Assembly: GCA_043228905.1 (NCBI GenBank)
Contig: JBHGNT010000004.1
Location: 16,430,001-16,494,000 of the forward strand
Length of the DNA stretch: 64,000 nt
DNA from: Azolla caroliniana
Lineage: Eukaryota > Plantae > Polypodiophyta
Direction of reading: 5' to 3'
The position numbers were made by a program, and so were the translations under genes. The notes beneath the pieces were generated by a model. It saw nothing but the letters and a program-made list of their open reading frames with translations. It was not told the DNA's origin and did not search any database. Each line of letters opens with the position of its first letter. Within the stretch, counting starts at the first letter, position 1. Below are positions 22,760 through 34,781 of this stretch, in pieces.

Positions 22760-25485
22760 TTCAGAACTCTGTTGTTGTTGCTGTTGTGGCTGTTGTTGCT
22801 ATTGTGCCTGTTGTTGCGGTGACTCCAGCTCCTCCGACTGTTGCTCCTTAGATGGCGTCTGTTCGGTTCCCGGTACCGGCGGTTGTGGCGGTGATTCCTC
22901 CGTTACCTGCTCTGCCGGATTTGACTCCGGTTGACTCGCCCCGGCCTTGTCTCCGTCCGGTCCTTGCTCCGGTGATGGCTCCTCATCACTGAGGTTGACG
23001 GTCGCCGCCTGCTTTTCTTCTTCTCTCCGTAGCCCGGTCCGCTCATAGCTTTCAAACTGGATTTGAGCATCCAGTCGATCATCGTCTAGTTGTGCTACCA
23101 GTTGTCGGACCACTGCTAACTGTTCCTCCGCCAAAGTTACAAAATCTTCGGCTAACTCATCTCTTACGATGGTGAAGTCCTCCTTTGTTAGCATGTAGCA
23201 GTCGTCACCATCCTTCTACCAGTTTTCCGTGTCCGCCCTTAGCAACTGGAGCTCGGTTGTGTGTTTTGCCCATTTGTCCCACCATTGCGCGGAGCTTTCG
23301 TCAATCAAGCGTTTTGTCTTGTTCCTCCATGCCTGAACGATGAACTGGATCCTCTCCAATCCCATCTTTGATTTGTCCTCCGCGGCTTGCCATTCTTCCT
23401 TCAATTGCTTTATTAGCACCACCGTATCCGCCTCCTGCTCCCGGTAATGTGACAATTGGTTTTGATAGATGTTCTACAACCTCTGCAATACCATTGTCGC
23501 TCTTTCCTTCTCTTCATAATGTTGCTTATGGAGCTCCATACGTTCTTGCGCGGCTTCCTCCAGCAGCGTGGTTCTTTTAGCCCGTTCCTCCGCTAGTGTC
23601 GTCTCAGCTCGATGCACCTCCTGCCGGAACTCTGCCATCTTCTCCTGTTGTTTCTTATGCTCCGTATCCAGGTGCTTGTAGTCCCAATGTAGGTGCTCAA
23701 AATCATTGGTCTTCGGCTTCAACTTTTAGTTGAGTTGCCGACGAGCGCGGTCTTCCCAATCCTTTTGTTGACGGAGTTCTTCTTTAAGTCTTTCGATCTC
23801 TATTTCCGCCATCCGTCGCAGCTTCTCCTTTTCTTGCGGCGCCTTCTCTTTCTCCTCCTTCAGCCGGTCATATGCCTGATGTCCTTTCCGCAGATTCTCT
23901 TCTGCCCGGCGGAGGTTCTCAACAGTCTTTCTTTGCTCTTCTTCTGCCGCTTTCTTCAAGTCCCGCTCTCGGGTGCGTATGCTTCTTGTGCGGCCAATTC
24001 ATCTCTCAATTCAGCAAGCTCTTTTGCTTGCGCCACCACTAGCTCTTGGTGCCCCGTTGTTGCGTCTGTACGGAGGGTTGGTTGTTGGTGTCGCTAGCCA
24101 GTGGTTGGTTTTGTCCGGTTGCATGGAGCTGCAACTCTGTCTCTGGTTGGTGACCACTTTGTCATTCCGGTTCCGGCTCCGTTAGCCGCTCCGCCTCTGA
24201 TTGCGCTTGCCCTGCCGGTGGGGTAGGCGACTATACTTCCGGCGCTTGCATTTCAGGTCTTGTCGTATCCTGACCCACCGGTAGCGTTTGTTGTGTAGGG
24301 AGCTCTGTGACCGGTTCTGTCCAAACTGGTTCCGGTTCCATCCTTGGTGCGGGCTGCTCAATGCGGGGTACAGGCGTTCCATCCTTCTTTGGGTCCGAAC
24401 GCTCCCCGGCCTGTTCGGAGGTGCTTGCCTTCTGGCACCACTGGAGGTGCTCTAACGGTTCCTCCTCCGCTTCACATTCTTGAGTCCCGATGTTGATTTT
24501 CGCTGCCAAGGGGTCCGACGCTTGTTGAACCGGTCGATGAAGCCTGATCTTGATTGGCCGTGCCGGTGGCTCCTCCTGCGTTTCCGCCTGCCGCTTCCTA
24601 TTGGCGCGCTCCTTTGCCGCCTGGTCTGTGTCGGCTGCCTTCCCTTTGGTTGCCTTAGAGGCCAACAACTGTTGCCGTTTCGAGGCCGTTTTCTGGGTGC
24701 CTTCGGTTGTTCTTCCCCACTTCGTGGTCTTGACGGGCTCGATAGGTGGCGCCAATAGGGTGAGCCATTGCGCCACTACCGTCCATATCTTCCGACCCTC
24801 CTTGCCTCTGACAGAGTCGATGGCCGCACAGAGGCCATCTGCAATTAGTACCGGCCAGTCCATCTTCATGCCTTCATATGTTGCTATGATTAAGCCGGCC
24901 CAGTTCTGAGGCATGCACAGGGGTCGAGGGTATACATGTCCAAATTCATGGAGCACACGTGCAATCTCTCGAAATAGTGGATCTTCGCTGCCCTGTGTCC
25001 GGTAGGCCTTGCTGGCTAGAGAGCATTCCCCAAAATATTTTTGGAGCTGCTCTGGGGTAGGGTTGTCGATAGTGAAGATGCCCCCTTCCGGAAGGCCAAT
25101 CAACGCATGGATGGCCTCCTTAGTGATCAGCTCCGTGTCGATTTCCTTGACTATCTTCTCCGCCTCCCGGTGCAGTGGCGCCTCCATGATTGTGAGGAAA
25201 CCTTCTAACCCGTGCTGCCTTAGCCCCTTCTTGGCTGCTTCAGAGAGTGCTTGGCAGTCCATGGCTTCTTCAAGGTCAGTGAGCGCTGGTGAGGGGTGCG
25301 TTTGAGGAGGCTTTGTTTGCGTGGGTTCGCGTCTGATGATCTTCAATCGCCTGTGCTCGTTTGTGCTCCTCTGTTCGCGAAATGTGAAGGCTTCCACGCG
25401 GTGGGAGTTTTCTTGCTACATGTTGGCGCCTTTTTTCTGACTCATGCGTGTGCACGTCGTGTACTAAAATAGAATGATGTGCCAT
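22760..25485 (-). pseudogene. Extra ORF between pol and the 3' LTR: globular N-terminal domain plus long coiled-coil/acidic region, interrupted
   Basis: ORFs 24231-25397, 23726-23959, 23474-23722, 23216-23455 and 22799-23194 in tandem on the element's sense strand; E/K/R/Q-rich. Confidence 0.75.
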
Positions 25486-25659
25486 GTGGCGGCGGTTTAA
25501 TATCCTATTAATAGCCCACTACGTACCTTTTCAAAGTGCATGTTCACTCCTTGTTCTTGCATGTGTCCGTTCACCCCTCGCCCTTGCATGATTTACTTTG
25601 ATTGATTTGATTTGATTTGATTTGATTGTTTTTTTTTTTTTTTGGCACAAATGTTTTGG

Positions 25660-28600
25660 TTAATTCGCATCTGGTCCCACTGGACCCCTATCCGGATTGT
25701 GGGACTTGCCGGCCGATGGACTGCTTGCTGTCGCGTCGTTCTTGTCGTTTGCCGGCTCGTGCTCCTTACCGGCTTCGCGCTTACCGATTGCTAAACGTGT
25801 TGCCGTCTCTTCTGACTTACCGGTGTCTGGTTCTGTGTCGGCCTTTACTTGTTCAAATGGGTTTCTTGGCATGGGTCCATTGTATGGTTTGAGTCGGAAC
25901 CCATTTACCCATTTACCCAGAACCTCGCCGGCGAGTGTCCCTAACTGGTAGGAACCATTGAACTCACGCGTAATCCAATATGGTCCGGTCCACCGAAACC
26001 GTAGCTTCCCCGGCATCTTACCCATCTGGGTCTGGAATACTAGTACCGGCTTACCGATTCCGAACATCTTTTTGTTCCCTTTCCGGTGAAGATCCACGAA
26101 GGCTTTCTTTTGCCGCTGCTCAAGTTCTAGGTGCATGATGCTGGCTAGCCGAGGTTCTTCCAATTCGCACAACGCAGCTAACCGGATCGCTTCAGATTCT
26201 TTCTCATTTAGGCGTTCCTGAATCTGTATTTGTAAACTCCGTACCTGGAACTCGATCGGCATAACTACCTCCAATCCGAATGCTAGGCGAAACGGTGTTG
26301 TGCGGATACTTGTCTTATATGCCGTTCGATAGGCCCAGAGTGCACTGTGTAGCTTTGTATCCCAATCCGTCCAGTTCTCATTGACAATTTTTCGAAGGAT
26401 GTTCTATAGTGTTTTATTTGTTGACTCGGCTAATCCGTTGGCTTGCGGATAATAGGGAGTGCTCCATTTGTGCACCACCGCATAAAATGTCGTCAAACTT
26501 TCCACTACTTGCCCTAAGAAGTGTCCACCTTGGTCACTTATTAGCTCTATCAGACATCCATACCGGCACCAGATGTTTTCATATAAAATTTTTGCCGTGG
26601 ATGCCGCGGTGTTGTCGTGTAGTGCTTTGGCTTCCACCCATTTTGTGCAATAATCCGTAGCTACAATTACGTACCGGTTTCCGGTTCTCATTGCTGGTGG
26701 TTTGAATGGACCGACAAAATCCAGCCCCCATTTCTGAAATGGTTCTAACGGTAGCACAGGCTGGTGAAGCATTCTAGCTTGTTCGGTTGGTTGGCCCATT
26801 CGCTAACATAGGTCGCATTCTTTCGCGTACCGGACTGCATCCTTCAATGTTGTCGGCCACCATAGTCCACTCTGCCATATTTTCCTTGCCGTAGCGTCTC
26901 CGGCATAATGTCCTCCAGCCACTCTGCAGTGTGCTTCGCGCAATATTATTTCCTTTTCGTCACTCCGCACTGCACGCCGCCATATGCCATCTGCGCCTCT
27001 GTGGTACAGTGTGTCCTATAATAGACAGACGTGTCAGCTTTGAACCGCTAAGCGTTTCCTTTCGTTTTTGTTCATCTCCTCTGGAGGTAAGCCGGTGCTC
27101 AGAAATTGGTGCATGTTGGTGAGCCACTTGTCTTCCTCTGCAACTGTACCATCTGTTGTTGTTTCTGTTGTAACTCTAAACAACTCTACATCCGGAAAGT
27201 CGTCTGGGACGCCGTCACTGGTTTCGCCGGAATCGAACCGGCTCAAATAATCTGCTACTGCATCTTGTATGCCGGGTCGGTGGAATATCTCGAACTCAAA
27301 TTCTTGTAATAGTAACGTCCACCAGGCCAGTTTTCCGGTGAGTGATGCTTTGGACACCAAGTAAAGGAGTGCCGAATGATCTACGTGAAAGGAAAATTTC
27401 CTTCCCAACAGATAGTGTCTAAACTTGGTGACACTGTAGATCATACCCAAGGCCTCTCTTTCCGTTGTGGAATAATTACGTTCCGCTTGGGATAGCTTCC
27501 GGCTAGCATAATACACTGGCCGGTACCATTTCGGTTTTGTAAGTTGCATCAGCGCGCTCCCGATTGCGATGTCGGACGCGTCAACGAACACATGGAACTC
27601 TTTAGACCAATCCAGAGGTTGCACCACCGGTGCTTGTGACAACAGTACTTTTAGTGCCCGATAAGCCTGGTCTTTTGTGACCATCCATCGGAACGGTGTC
27701 CGATGTACCGCAGCATGCAATAGTGTGGCCAGGTCTGCCAGATACCGGAGCATTCGACTATGCCACAGAATTTGTCCTAAGAATCAGCTTAGTGCCTTTG
27801 CCGTGGCTGGTGCCAGTGCTTCCAGGATTGCTTTTATTTTGTCCGGATCCACTGCGATGCCGTCCTTGCTCACTATGTGGCCCAGTAACGCTCCGCAAGT
27901 TACTCCAAACACGCATTTTGTCGGGTTAAGGCTTAGCCGGTAAACCCTACATTTCTCCAAACATAGTTGGAGGTGCTGAAGGTGATCCCCTTCCCGACTA
28001 TAAACAGCGAAGTCATCCAAGAACACCTGCATGAATGCCGGAATGAATTTTGCGAAAATCTCCATGATGATCCATTGGAAGGTGGCCGACACCGTTTTCA
28101 ATCCGAACATCATCACTAAGGCAACAAAGACTCCCCATTTGGTGACAAAAGCGGTTTTCTCTTGGTCAGCGGGGTGCATCCGGATCTGATTATAGCCGTT
28201 GAAACCGTCCAGAAAACTGTACACTTCATGACCGACGACCGCATCTAGGACTCCATCCATGAATGGAAGTGGGAAGGCGTCTGTTACCGTAGCCGCATTT
28301 AATTTCCGGTAGTCGATGCAAACTCTTATCTTACAGTTCTTTTTCGGTACTACGACTATTGGACTGAGCCATGTGGCTTTCTTTACCGGTCGGATGAAGC
28401 CAACCCTTAGCAACTTGTCGATTTCTTCTTTAACTTTTGCTGCGTAATTCGGGTTCATTCGGTAACGCCGTTGCGCTACCGGTTTGGCGTCTTTACTCAG
28501 ATGTATCTAGTGTTGACACAACTGAGGATCAAGTCCCCGCATGTCCTCGTAGGACCAGGCGAACACATCCCGAAGTTCTTTTAGGAGTGTGATCATTGCC

Positions 28601-31380
28601 ATTTTGTTCTCTAGGGTCACTTCCTTGGCGATGTGCACCGGTCTTGTGTCCTCTGTGGTACCTAGGTTGACCTCTTCTAGTTGGGATGCTTTCACGCGCT
28701 GCGACACTGCCATTTCTCTTTCCAGTGCCTCCTGTGCTTGCCGTAATTCCCGGATTGCTTCTTTATCCCGTTCCTCGTCGGTCTCGTCCGGTTGCAGGAT
28801 GTACGATGATACTGCTTTGGCTACATCAATCTCGAACAGAGTTACGATCTTCGGATTTTCCTGTAAGTATTGATCGACCTCTTCGTCCGCCAATCCTTCC
28901 AGCATGTTGACACATTCCGCATATAGCGGCGTCAATTCCTTGCCGGTATCGGACCGTGGTTGAGTCGGTACTCGTACTTTTGCTTTTCCACGTCGGAACG
29001 TAATTATATTCTTCCTCCAGTTTTGCTTAATGTGTGTTTTTTTTAACCAAGGGCGTCCCAACAATAGTGGGTAAGCTCCCTGAGCCTGTAGCTGGAAAAC
29101 TACTATGGAAATGCGGAATGTGTGACCCCCGATGGTCACTTCCAGATCACGTATTAACCCGGTCGACCGTACTGAGCTTGTGTCCGCCATTCGAAGCCAA
29201 AATAGGCATGGTTCCTAGTCATAGATTCCTAGAGTGTTACACGTTTGGAGACTGATCACGTTCACGCCGGATCCTCCATCGATAATTGTGCCAGGTAGCT
29301 CTTTTCCTTCACAATGGTTGTGATTGCCAGACTACTCGTGTCTACCACTGCCGGTCCTTCCTCCAGATTTGAAAAGAATGTCGGAGCCAATGGTGTGTCA
29401 GCTATCATCCTTCCTGTCTTCAGTCCTTCCGTGAAGCATGGTACCAGTTGCAATAGCCGGCCTAACGGCAACGTTATTTGGCATTCTTGCAACGCCTACC
29501 ATGTTGGGTTTTCGGGCTGCCCCGGGCCGGTGAGCTCTTCGGCATTCTCCTTTTGTTGTTCGAACTCTACCGCATTCCGCTCGTTTGCCCACTTCACCCA
29601 TTCGGTTGCCTGCTTCCGGATGGCTTCTTGAGTTTCCCACTCCGTGGCTTTGCCCTTTGATCTTGTAGTGACTTGTTGTATGTCTGCAACTTCCGTGTCT
29701 ACCATGTTTACCGCTGGTTGCTTGTTGTAGCTCTTCGCCAAACATTGATTACTATAGTGGCCTTCTTGCCGGCAATAATAGCAGTACGGCTTCCGGGTGT
29801 TGCTGGATTCAGCGTGTGTGCTTGGTGGAGGTCCAGGGGTAAGTGCTTGGTTTTGGTCTGGTTGGCTGCTCGGAGCACCCTTTTCCGGTTCCCGTGGATG
29901 ACCCCCCTTTTTGTTGAAATGACGTTTCTTATTGAAATTCTTTTTGTTGCGGTAACCTTGTCGGGGATGGTCGTCATACTTGCCATAGTCGTCCCGTCGT
30001 TAGTTGTAACTAGGGGAGTGATCCCGGTTGTATCTCTCATACCGTCCATTATAGTCCCGGTATCTATCTTGTCTGTCATACCGGTCATAAGCGTCTCTTC
30101 GATCGCTGTACCGGACATCTTGTGCCGGCCGGTAGTGCTCCTCTCGCCGCCAGCGTTCTTCTTCTTCCTCCCGGTTGCTTCGTGGTTCAATTTGCCAGAC
30201 CGGTGGTGCTTGCCGATTTAACAAGTGTGCCGAATGTCTGACATTTAGGCATGTCGTACATTGAACTGCTTGCCGGAAACAGAGGTCCTCATCTGTCGGT
30301 AGTGCACGTTGAAGTACGCCCATGGTTAGCCATGAACTTGAGTTTTCCATTTCCCGAACTCTGTCGATCACTTGATCTATGCTGCTGGTCCGGAAATCAA
30401 TGACGGTGCACACCGTTCGTAAGGGTTCCCGGAGTGCTACTAAGAATATGGCCTTTGTTTCTTCCTTCGGCGGTGTCCGGCTGAGCTGACTGTGGATCCG
30501 CTGGAACCGGATGACAAACTGTTGAATGTTCTCCGTTGGTTCCTGCCGGATACTGTAAAATAAGCCTACCATTTCCCGTTGGTCCATCTCCTTGTGAAAG
30601 AAATGGAAGAACTTTGTTTTTAATGTTTCAAATGTGGGGATGGTGCTAGGATCTTGTGTTCGGTGCCATCTGGCGGCCGGTCCCTCCAACGTCATGCCGA
30701 ACTCTGCCCTTTTTTAGCGTTCCTCTTCAGTTGCATTTAAGCGTTGGGACACATGGTTTGCCTCCCAGGTCTGTTGAAACGCATGGACGTGGGCTTCCGC
30801 GTCCGGATCATCTCGGTATCTGGGATATTGGAACAGCATATCGTCGTCTGGTGTCGGTACACGGGCTCGTGGTGTCGGTGATCTTTCCTCCTCCTCTGTC
30901 GGTGTCGAAGGTTTGTCCCGCTCCTTTGTTGTTGTTGGAGGCCTCTCCTCCGCGACTTCCGGTGTCGGAGGTCTCTCGTCCTCGACTTCTGGTTCTGGTT
31001 CCGGAGTGTGCTCGATTTCTGGTGCCGGAGGTTCCAGCGTTGTCAATTCTGGTTTCGGTGTCGGCAAAGTATCCGACTCCTCATCCTCCGGTCCGTCTGG
31101 GGTTTCGTTACTGCTGCGGTAGTTCGTCTGCGCGCTGTATTCCTTGTCTGAACCTGATTCAAATGCTGAAAATGCTTCGGATTCACCTTTGCCCGTTGCC
31201 AATGCCTAGAGAAGGGATTCCACTTCTCGGAGGCTGCTTAGGCTGCTTCCTTCGTCCGGGTAGTCGTTTTATTGTAAACGAAGTGACTCCTTGGCCACTC
31301 TCCGGATCACTTTGGAAAATGAGCGATCCCCTCTGATTTCTTCTGCTGCTTGCTGGAAAGCCTCTCGCTTCCTCAGCCAT
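25660..31380 (-). pseudogene. Gypsy gag-pol (gag, protease, RT, RNase H, integrase) with stops and frameshifts
   Basis: ORFs 30714-31202, 30000-30695, 28507-29190, 27784-28458 (RT), 27034-27753 (RH), 26404-26799 and 25660-26274 (INT, GPY). Confidence 0.93.
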
Positions 31381-33711
31381 TCAGCAAGTCTCCTTGCTCA
31401 CTCCGTAACCGGGTCGTTCGTTGGTCGCTTCATCCATTCCCGTCGTTGTTCGCTACGATTGTGTAGGAATCGTGGTCGCCAAAAATTGTGTTAATCCTTA
31501 GGGCCAAACAATGGCCTAACACAGGGTGTCTATGAAAGACACTTCACCAAAGGGGTGTTAAGGCGAGATAACTTAAGACACAACAATTAATCAGACTTAA
31601 TTGGCTACTTAGCAATATGGCATTAACTTAATACACGTGTAAGATATAACAATTAATACAGAACGGTAATCATACGTGAAGATAAAACAAGAAGCTTATA
31701 TTAATTCTCCGTTAAAGTTTTACATTGTAACCGGGCCTTTATATAGGTCACCGGTGTTGCGTACAAAATGGTGCCAACTAGCACCTATTCGAAACTGGTC
31801 TGGATCCGGATCGGCATACTGATTCCGGTCCATCCGTTCACTACTTAATTATAATCTATTCTACTTAATTAAAATAGATTCCGAATAACAATCCCGTTCA
31901 CATTCTGGTCTTTAACTCCTTTGCCGACCGGGTAACATTTGTTATTGTGGGCATGTGCAAGACATTCTTGATGGAAGTTTGTTTGCCTTCTTTCCCGAAT
32001 GGGATGTGTGGTGTCATCTCCCGTCTTTATAAAGCCGGGTCGATCGGGTGTGCGCAAATCACTGAACCACTCTTCGTGGGATGTCATGTGATGTGAGGCA
32101 CCAGAATCGACGAACTACATGTCTTCCAAGTTGGAGGTTCTCGTGGAGTCGGAGGCCGACATAGAGTTCACTCTATGTCTCATTACGAATAGTCCATTGT
32201 AGTCATCGTATTTGGAGTTGGTGACGTAGTTTGTGAGTTGTCGGCTTGTCGAATTCGACTCACTTCTCTTTTTCTGACACTTCGCTTCGCAATGGTCGAT
32301 TTTACCACAATAGGTACAAGTAATTGGCCACGTTTGCCGACCTTGTTTGGCATGGAAGCTCCCCCTTCTTCCAAAGGTTCCTCAATGGCTTTCGTCTTTT
32401 TATCGAAGGTTTGAGTTCCCTTCGTTTGATGGGTCGAATCGACCTCTTCTACCACCTCGACCTCGTCCTTGGCCACCATCCGAATTCGAGACGAACATTT
32501 TAGCTTCCGACATCTTGCTTTTGGTTCGAACATGTTCTCTTCGACCAATAGCATTGATTGAAGAGGTTAAAGAACAAAAGAGGGTTTTCCCTTGGTAGGA
32601 TAGCCATCCTTAACAAGTTGAATCGTTGTGCGAGGCCACCCAAGCATACTTGAACCATCTCGTCTTCGTCGACGTTTATGTTGATGGAGCCAAGCGAGTC
32701 ACAAATGCTCTTGATCTTGACGGTGTAATCCGACACAGACATATCTTTGTGTTGTATGTTGTTCAACTCTTGCCGGAGTTGAAGCTTGCGAGCGGTCATG
32801 TTGGAGGCAAAATGTTTCTTTAAGTTCGCCCACGCTTCTTTAGGCGTCTTGGCGTCTCAAATGTGGCTAAGCTTGTGCTCGTGGATACATGTTTCCAAGG
32901 AACATTACCCGACTCGCTCCTTGCTCCCACATTGGGTAGTTGGCGTTTGTGATGTCAGGTTTGGTTTCGAGTGTGTTGTTGATGTAGCTCCAATACCCTT
33001 TGCCGACAATGTATTGGTTCATCTTGTACTGCCAAGATGAATAAGTGCTCCGGTCTAGCTTTTCACTAGGGAGCGAGCTACCCATTTGTGTGTTCATGTT
33101 GATGTATTATCTTCCTTTTTCGTTTTTCTTCCTTCGGTCACGTAAACGTGCTACATAGCGTCACTAGGGTAGTGGATAGCCGGAATTTGTCGTCGACATT
33201 TCGAACACACAATCACGAAGAGTAGGGTGGGCTTAGTAGATTTGCTAAACACCACACACTTTGATGCCATGTTAAGAATTAGGTAATTAACTACGGGTTA
33301 ATTAGTACCTAATTATGTTATTAAGCTAAGCGGAAGATTAAGTGATATGTGTGTGTATGTGTGTGAGAGGAAGAGAGAGAAGAATTTAACACTATGAACA
33401 ACGAGACAAGATGGGGGATGATTAACTATATTAAAAGCATCATCAAATACAAAAATACCTACAATGAGGTATATATACATTTCATGTGCAAAGGTGCACA
33501 TGTGTGAGTAGAATATAGGTACAACCGTGTAAGTCCTATATTAAATGAACATGGGAGTGGAGGATCTACAATGTATCCCACTCAAGTACAAAATCCTATT
33601 TAAGGCTTTAAGGTGAACACACTAACTAGATTCTATCCAGGTAACTACTAAGTTACGTGTGTTGACTAAACGACTAAACTAAGTTGAGCTTAATATCTCA
33701 ACAATTTTTCT

Positions 33712-34129
33712 TGCATGGGGCGCAGACCAGAAGGCATGCAGCCAAGACGAGCCAGAACAAAGGACCAACTGCAGCAGAGGATCAGAAGGGGAGTGTTGAG
33801 TAACAAGGTCAACATGCCGAATTGGCTAAAGGCCGAATACTGGATCAGCTGAAGACGCTGAAAGAAGGATCAGTTGAAGAATCCGACAACCGGATCGGGT
33901 AGGACCCAACAAGCCATTAGAGGCCTATATTCCTATTTTGGAAATAGGAATGTAATAGGCAATTAGTGTCAAATGCTCTTAAATGAGCATTCATTTACTT
34001 GTCGATACTTGTGTCAGCCCACTGTCAAGGCTTGTATAAAAAGTGCTCACTGAGCACATTGTGATGTACGGAGTGTTATTTTTTAATATAGTTTTGTTTT
34101 CTGCTCTCTCTCATATACTGTGTACTACA
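33712..34129 (+). mobile_element. Probable solo or partial LTR related to 61748-62150
   Basis: Shares GCC.TTAGAGGCCTA and TGTATAAAA(A)GTGCTCACTGAGCAC with the 61.8-62.0 kb LTR; TG...CA ends; boundaries uncertain. Confidence 0.6.
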
Positions 34130-34781
34130 TTCTCTTCGTTCGATGGGTCGAATCGACCTCTTCTACCTCCTCGACTTCGTTCTCGGCCACCATCCAAATT
34201 TGAGAAGAACATTTGTCCTTCTGATGTCTTGGTTTTGGTTTGGACGTGCTTCTCTTCAACCAATAGCATTGATTGAAGGTCGAAGAACGAAGGAGGATTT
34301 TCCCTCGCCAAGATTGCCGTCCTCAACGAGTCGAATCGTTGTGCGAGGCCGCTTAGGCATACTTGAACCATCTCGTCTTCGTCGACGATTATATTGATGG
34401 AGCCAAGTGAGTCGCAAATGCTCGTGATCTTGGCGGTGTAGTCCAACACAGACATATATTTTTGCCGAATGTCGTTCAACTCTTGTCAGAGTTGAAGCTT
34501 TCGGGTGGTCGTGTTGGCGTCGAACATTTTCTTCAAGTTCTCCCACGCCTCTTTAGGCAACTTGGCATCTTGAATGTGGCTAACCATGTGGTCGTGGACA
34601 CATGTTGCCAAATAATACATGACTCGACTCGCCGCTTGCTCCCATGTTGAGTAGTCGGCGTTCTTTGGGTCGAGTCAATTTTCTTGTGCATCGTTGATAT
34701 AACTCCAATACCCTTGGCCGACAAGGTATTGGTTCATCTTGTACTCCCAAGATGAATCATTGCTCCGGTCTAGCTTTTCAT
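34130..34781 (-). mobile_element. gag fragment of the same Copia family (copy C); its 5' end resumes at ~38142-38222
   Basis: ORF 34111-34479 homologous to 32500-32799; the sequence continues after the 34782-38141 insertion. Confidence 0.88.

Larger units (their letters stand above)
21808..31937 (-). mobile_element. Full-length non-chromovirus Ty3/Gypsy element with extra 3' ORF, tRNA-Arg PBS and no PPT
   Basis: LTRs 31489-31937 (5') and 21808-22652 (3', containing a nested solo LTR); TSD TTTGT; PBS TGGCGACCAC at 31472-31481; gag-PR(IDGGSG)-RT(FLDD)-RH(DASD)-INT. Confidence 0.95.
19710..33703 (-). mobile_element. Two-LTR RT-less Copia derivative, copy B, interrupted by Gypsy 21808-31937
   Basis: LTRs 19710-20143 and 33270-33703; degenerate Met PBS 33258-33269; gag from 33097; INT about 20415-21800; probable TSD GTTTT/ATTTT. 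Confidence 0.9.

Noticed and set aside
22655-22760. Complete tRNA gene
   Set aside because: Only T-arm and acceptor-3'-like sequence is present; no 5' acceptor strand, D arm or anticodon arm is visible.
21808-31937. Reading the element as plus-oriented because of the PBS-like sequence at 22655
   Set aside because: gag-pol, the LTR TATA and the other PBS are all on the minus strand, and there is no plus-strand PPT before 31489.
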